Assembly (NCBI GenBank): GCA_964016885.1
Contig: OZ024740.1
Coordinates: 340,442,001 to 340,506,000 of the forward strand
Direction of reading: 5' to 3'
Source: Eledone cirrhosa
Lineage: Eukaryota
Length of the DNA stretch: 64,000 nucleotides
Shown here in pieces: positions 61,110 to 64,000 of this stretch (position 1 is the first letter of the stretch; every line of letters starts with the position of its first letter). The notes below the pieces were generated by a model that saw nothing but the letters and a program-made list of their open reading frames with translations, was not told the DNA's origin and did no database searches. Made by a program: the position numbers and the translations under genes.

Positions 61110-63279
61110 CATCACCATCATCATCATCATCGTTTAACGCCCATATTCCACACTTGCATGGGTTTGGACAGGAGTTTTCCCACTTGAGGCAAGAGTGGTT
61201 GTCTTGCTCGCATAGGACTGTCTGGCTGGTTTTCTACGGCTGGATGCCCTTCCTAACACCAACCACATTTACAGTGTGGAACTGGGAGGTTTTTACCGTG
61301 TTACCTACATGGCCACATTACAGCGTGGACTGTGTGTTTTTTTGTCGTGACACCTACACGACCTCATTTGTTTCGGGCTGGATGTTGTGACACCAACATA
61401 ACTTTACATTGAAAGGGGTGGTGTGGATGGGGTGTGGGTAGTGGGACGGGGGTGTATTTTGTTAGAGGTGCCTACTGACTGTAGTAGGTTTCACTTAGTA
61501 CTTAGGTAAGGCGGGTCTTCTCTATTACTGTGTAGCGCCAAAGCTCTCGGTCCAGTGACATTGTCTTGGAGAGGTGTAAGTGTGTGAGGTCGGAATTTAT
61601 CAAGTCGTCCCAGGTTTTTCTGGGTCTGCCTACTCTGTGGCTACCGTCTATTTTTATTGCCCTGCACTTTTTTATACAGCTGTCCATACCAACGTAGTCT
61701 TCTCTCGAGTAAACAACATCTGATCCCTCTTATTTCTAATTTCTCCCTTAGTTCGTTTATGCTTTGCCGTTCACGTATATTACTATTACACATCCAGCGG
61801 AGCATGCAAGCTTCGTTTCTCTCCAGTCTGCGTATATCCTCTGCACACAATGCCCAGGTCTCACTGCCATGTAACATTGCTGTTCGTATGCAGGCATCAT
61901 ACAGCCTGCCTTTCATTTTTAGAGAGAACCCTTTAGTGGCCAATAGTGGTATAAGCTCTCTGAACTTTTTCCATCCCGTTCTGACTCTAGCTACTGTACT
62001 TTCAGGTCACTCTTCCCCACTGCTGATTTTATCACCCAGATAATGGAAGCTGTCCACGATTTCTATAGAACCATCTGTGCAATGGAATGAGTTAGTAATC
62101 TGTGGGCACTTGCTGCTACTTATTGCACCAGAGCACCGGCCACATATAAAATCTATATTCTTAGTTAGCTTACCTGTGATCCCACTACATCTTTTATGCA
62201 CCCATACTTTGCATTTGGGACATAAAATGGAGTTTCTACCTACTCCTTTCCTACACACTGAGCATGGCCATTTCCCAGATGGGACTGGTGCCCTATTTTC
62301 CTTCCTACAAACTAGAACTTTAGTCTTAGACAGGTTAATTTTAAGGCCTTTTGATTCTAGGCCATGCTTCCATGTTTGGAATTTCTTCTCTAGTTCAGCC
62401 ATTGATTCAGCTATAAGCGTTAGATCATCTGCATATAGGAGTTCCCATGGGCAGCCGGTCTTGAACTCCTCTGTTATAGCCTGAAGGGCAATAATAAATA
62501 GGAGGGGGCTAAGGACGGAGCCCTGATGAACACCAACTTTTACGCTAAACTCTTCACTATATTCGTTGTTAATTCTAACCTTGCTGACTGTTTCTTTATA
62601 CATGGCTTGTATAGCTCTCACAAGCCATTCATCAACACCTAGTTTTCTAAGGGCCCACCAGATAATCGAGCGGGGTACTCTGTCAAAGGCTTTCTCCAAG
62701 TCAACAAAAGCTAAGTAGAGGGGTTTACTTTTAGCTAGGTACTTCTCCTGTAGTTGTACAATGAAAAGAGCGTCTGTTGTACTTTTTCCTGACACAAACC
62801 CGAATTGCATTTCATCTAGATCAATTCGCTCTCTGATTAGTTGCGCTATTACTTTTTCTGTGACCTTCATGACCTGGTCAATTAATTTAATGCCTCTATA
62901 GTTTCACCTATCTAGGGCATCACCTTTACCCTTGTAGCAGTTAATGATGATGCTGCTGCACCAGTCCTTCGGAACGACCCCATTCTGTATGACTTGGTTT
63001 ACTATCCGGGTGACCATAGTGTCCCCCACCGTTCCAGATGCTTTCAGTATTTTGGCAACTATTTCCGAAGGCCCGGCCGCCTTGCCCGTCTTTGATCGCC
63101 TTACTTATTATACTACCTTCAACTAGCACTGCTGGTCCCTCTATTGGGTCAATGTGGGGGAGACTGTCTTTCTCCCAATTATTCTCCTCATTTAGTAGCC
63201 TTTCGTAGTGACACTTCCAAGCTACCTTCTTATCAGTGTCTGTGATGGCAAGTACACCATCATCATTTAGTACACCATC
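61110..63279 (-). mobile_element. RTE LINE inner copy, antisense, nested in the outer copy
   Basis: ORFs 62007..62870, 61641..61943 and 61502..61687; (CAT)n tail on +; TSD AAGCAT at 61104-61109 and 63280-63285. Confidence 0.92.
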
Positions 63280-63972
63280 AAGCATAAATGAACTAAGTGA
63301 TAAATTAGGAATAAGAGGGATCAGTTGCTGTTTACTCGAGAGAAGACTACGTTGGTATGGCCACGTGATGCGCATGAAAGACGACAGCTGTATAAAAAAG
63401 TGCAGGGCGATCAAAATTGATGGTAGTTACGGAGTAGGTAGACCCAGAAAAACCTGGGACGTTCTGATAAATTCCGACCTTACACACTTGCACCTCTCTA
63501 AGACAATGTCACTGGACCGAGATCTTTGGCGCTACGCAGTCATACAGATGACCCGCCTTGCCTATGTACAAAGCGAAACCTAGTCAGTAGGTACCTCTTA
63601 CTAAATATACACCCCAATCTACTACCCCTACCCTATCCTCCCACTCCCACCAACACCACCCTCTCTCTATAAAGTTGGTACCACAACATCCAGTCCAAAT
63701 AAATGAGATCGAGATTGTGTAGGTGTCATGAGAAAAAACACAGTCCATGCTGTAATGTGGCCTTGTAGGTAACACGGTAAAAAGTTCCCAGTTCCACACT
63801 GTAAATGTGGTTGGTGTTAGGAAGGGCATCCAGCCGTAGAAAACCTGCCAGATAGTCCTATATGAGCGAGACATGGTCACCCGACCAACCTTGCCTCAAG
63901 TGGGACAACTCCCATCTAACCCATGCTAGCGTGGAAAGTGGACGTTAAACGAAGATGATGATGATGATGATG
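63280..63972 (+). mobile_element. RTE LINE outer copy, 3' part with (GAT)n tail
   Basis: SINEL...RRLRWYGHV...GRPRKTW; tail followed by ATTACT, which matches 60217-60222. Confidence 0.9.
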
Positions 63973-64000
63973 ATTACTCTATATTTACTATAGTATTTTT

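Overview
This is AT-rich eukaryotic DNA, most likely from an octopus or related coleoid cephalopod, judged from the SINE and RTE repeat families (inference). It holds two spliced host genes in divergent orientation. PRMT5 lies on the minus strand and is complete: 17 coding exons between 16160 and 43969, all GT-AG, giving a 1890-nt CDS of 629 aa. KDSR (3-ketodihydrosphingosine reductase) lies on the plus strand, with its first 8 coding exons at 49894-59958 and the rest beyond the window. Most remaining sequence is transposon-derived: many RTE-clade LINE copies with (GAT)n tails and a C4HC3 PHD finger inside the RT domain, an internally deleted Ty3/Gypsy element with near-identical LTRs, CR1/L2, R4/Dong, Penelope-like and mariner remnants, tRNA-derived SINEs, TTAA-flanked MITEs, a 42-bp satellite and a pentamer satellite. 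The most unusual items are the PHD-in-RT LINE family, a 110-bp palindrome built from half a hammerhead ribozyme, hammerhead-bearing mini-elements in a (TA)n insertion pile-up, repeated LTR/PBS motifs inside gag, and a triple-nested insertion in KDSR intron 8. All calls were made by eye; no searches were run.
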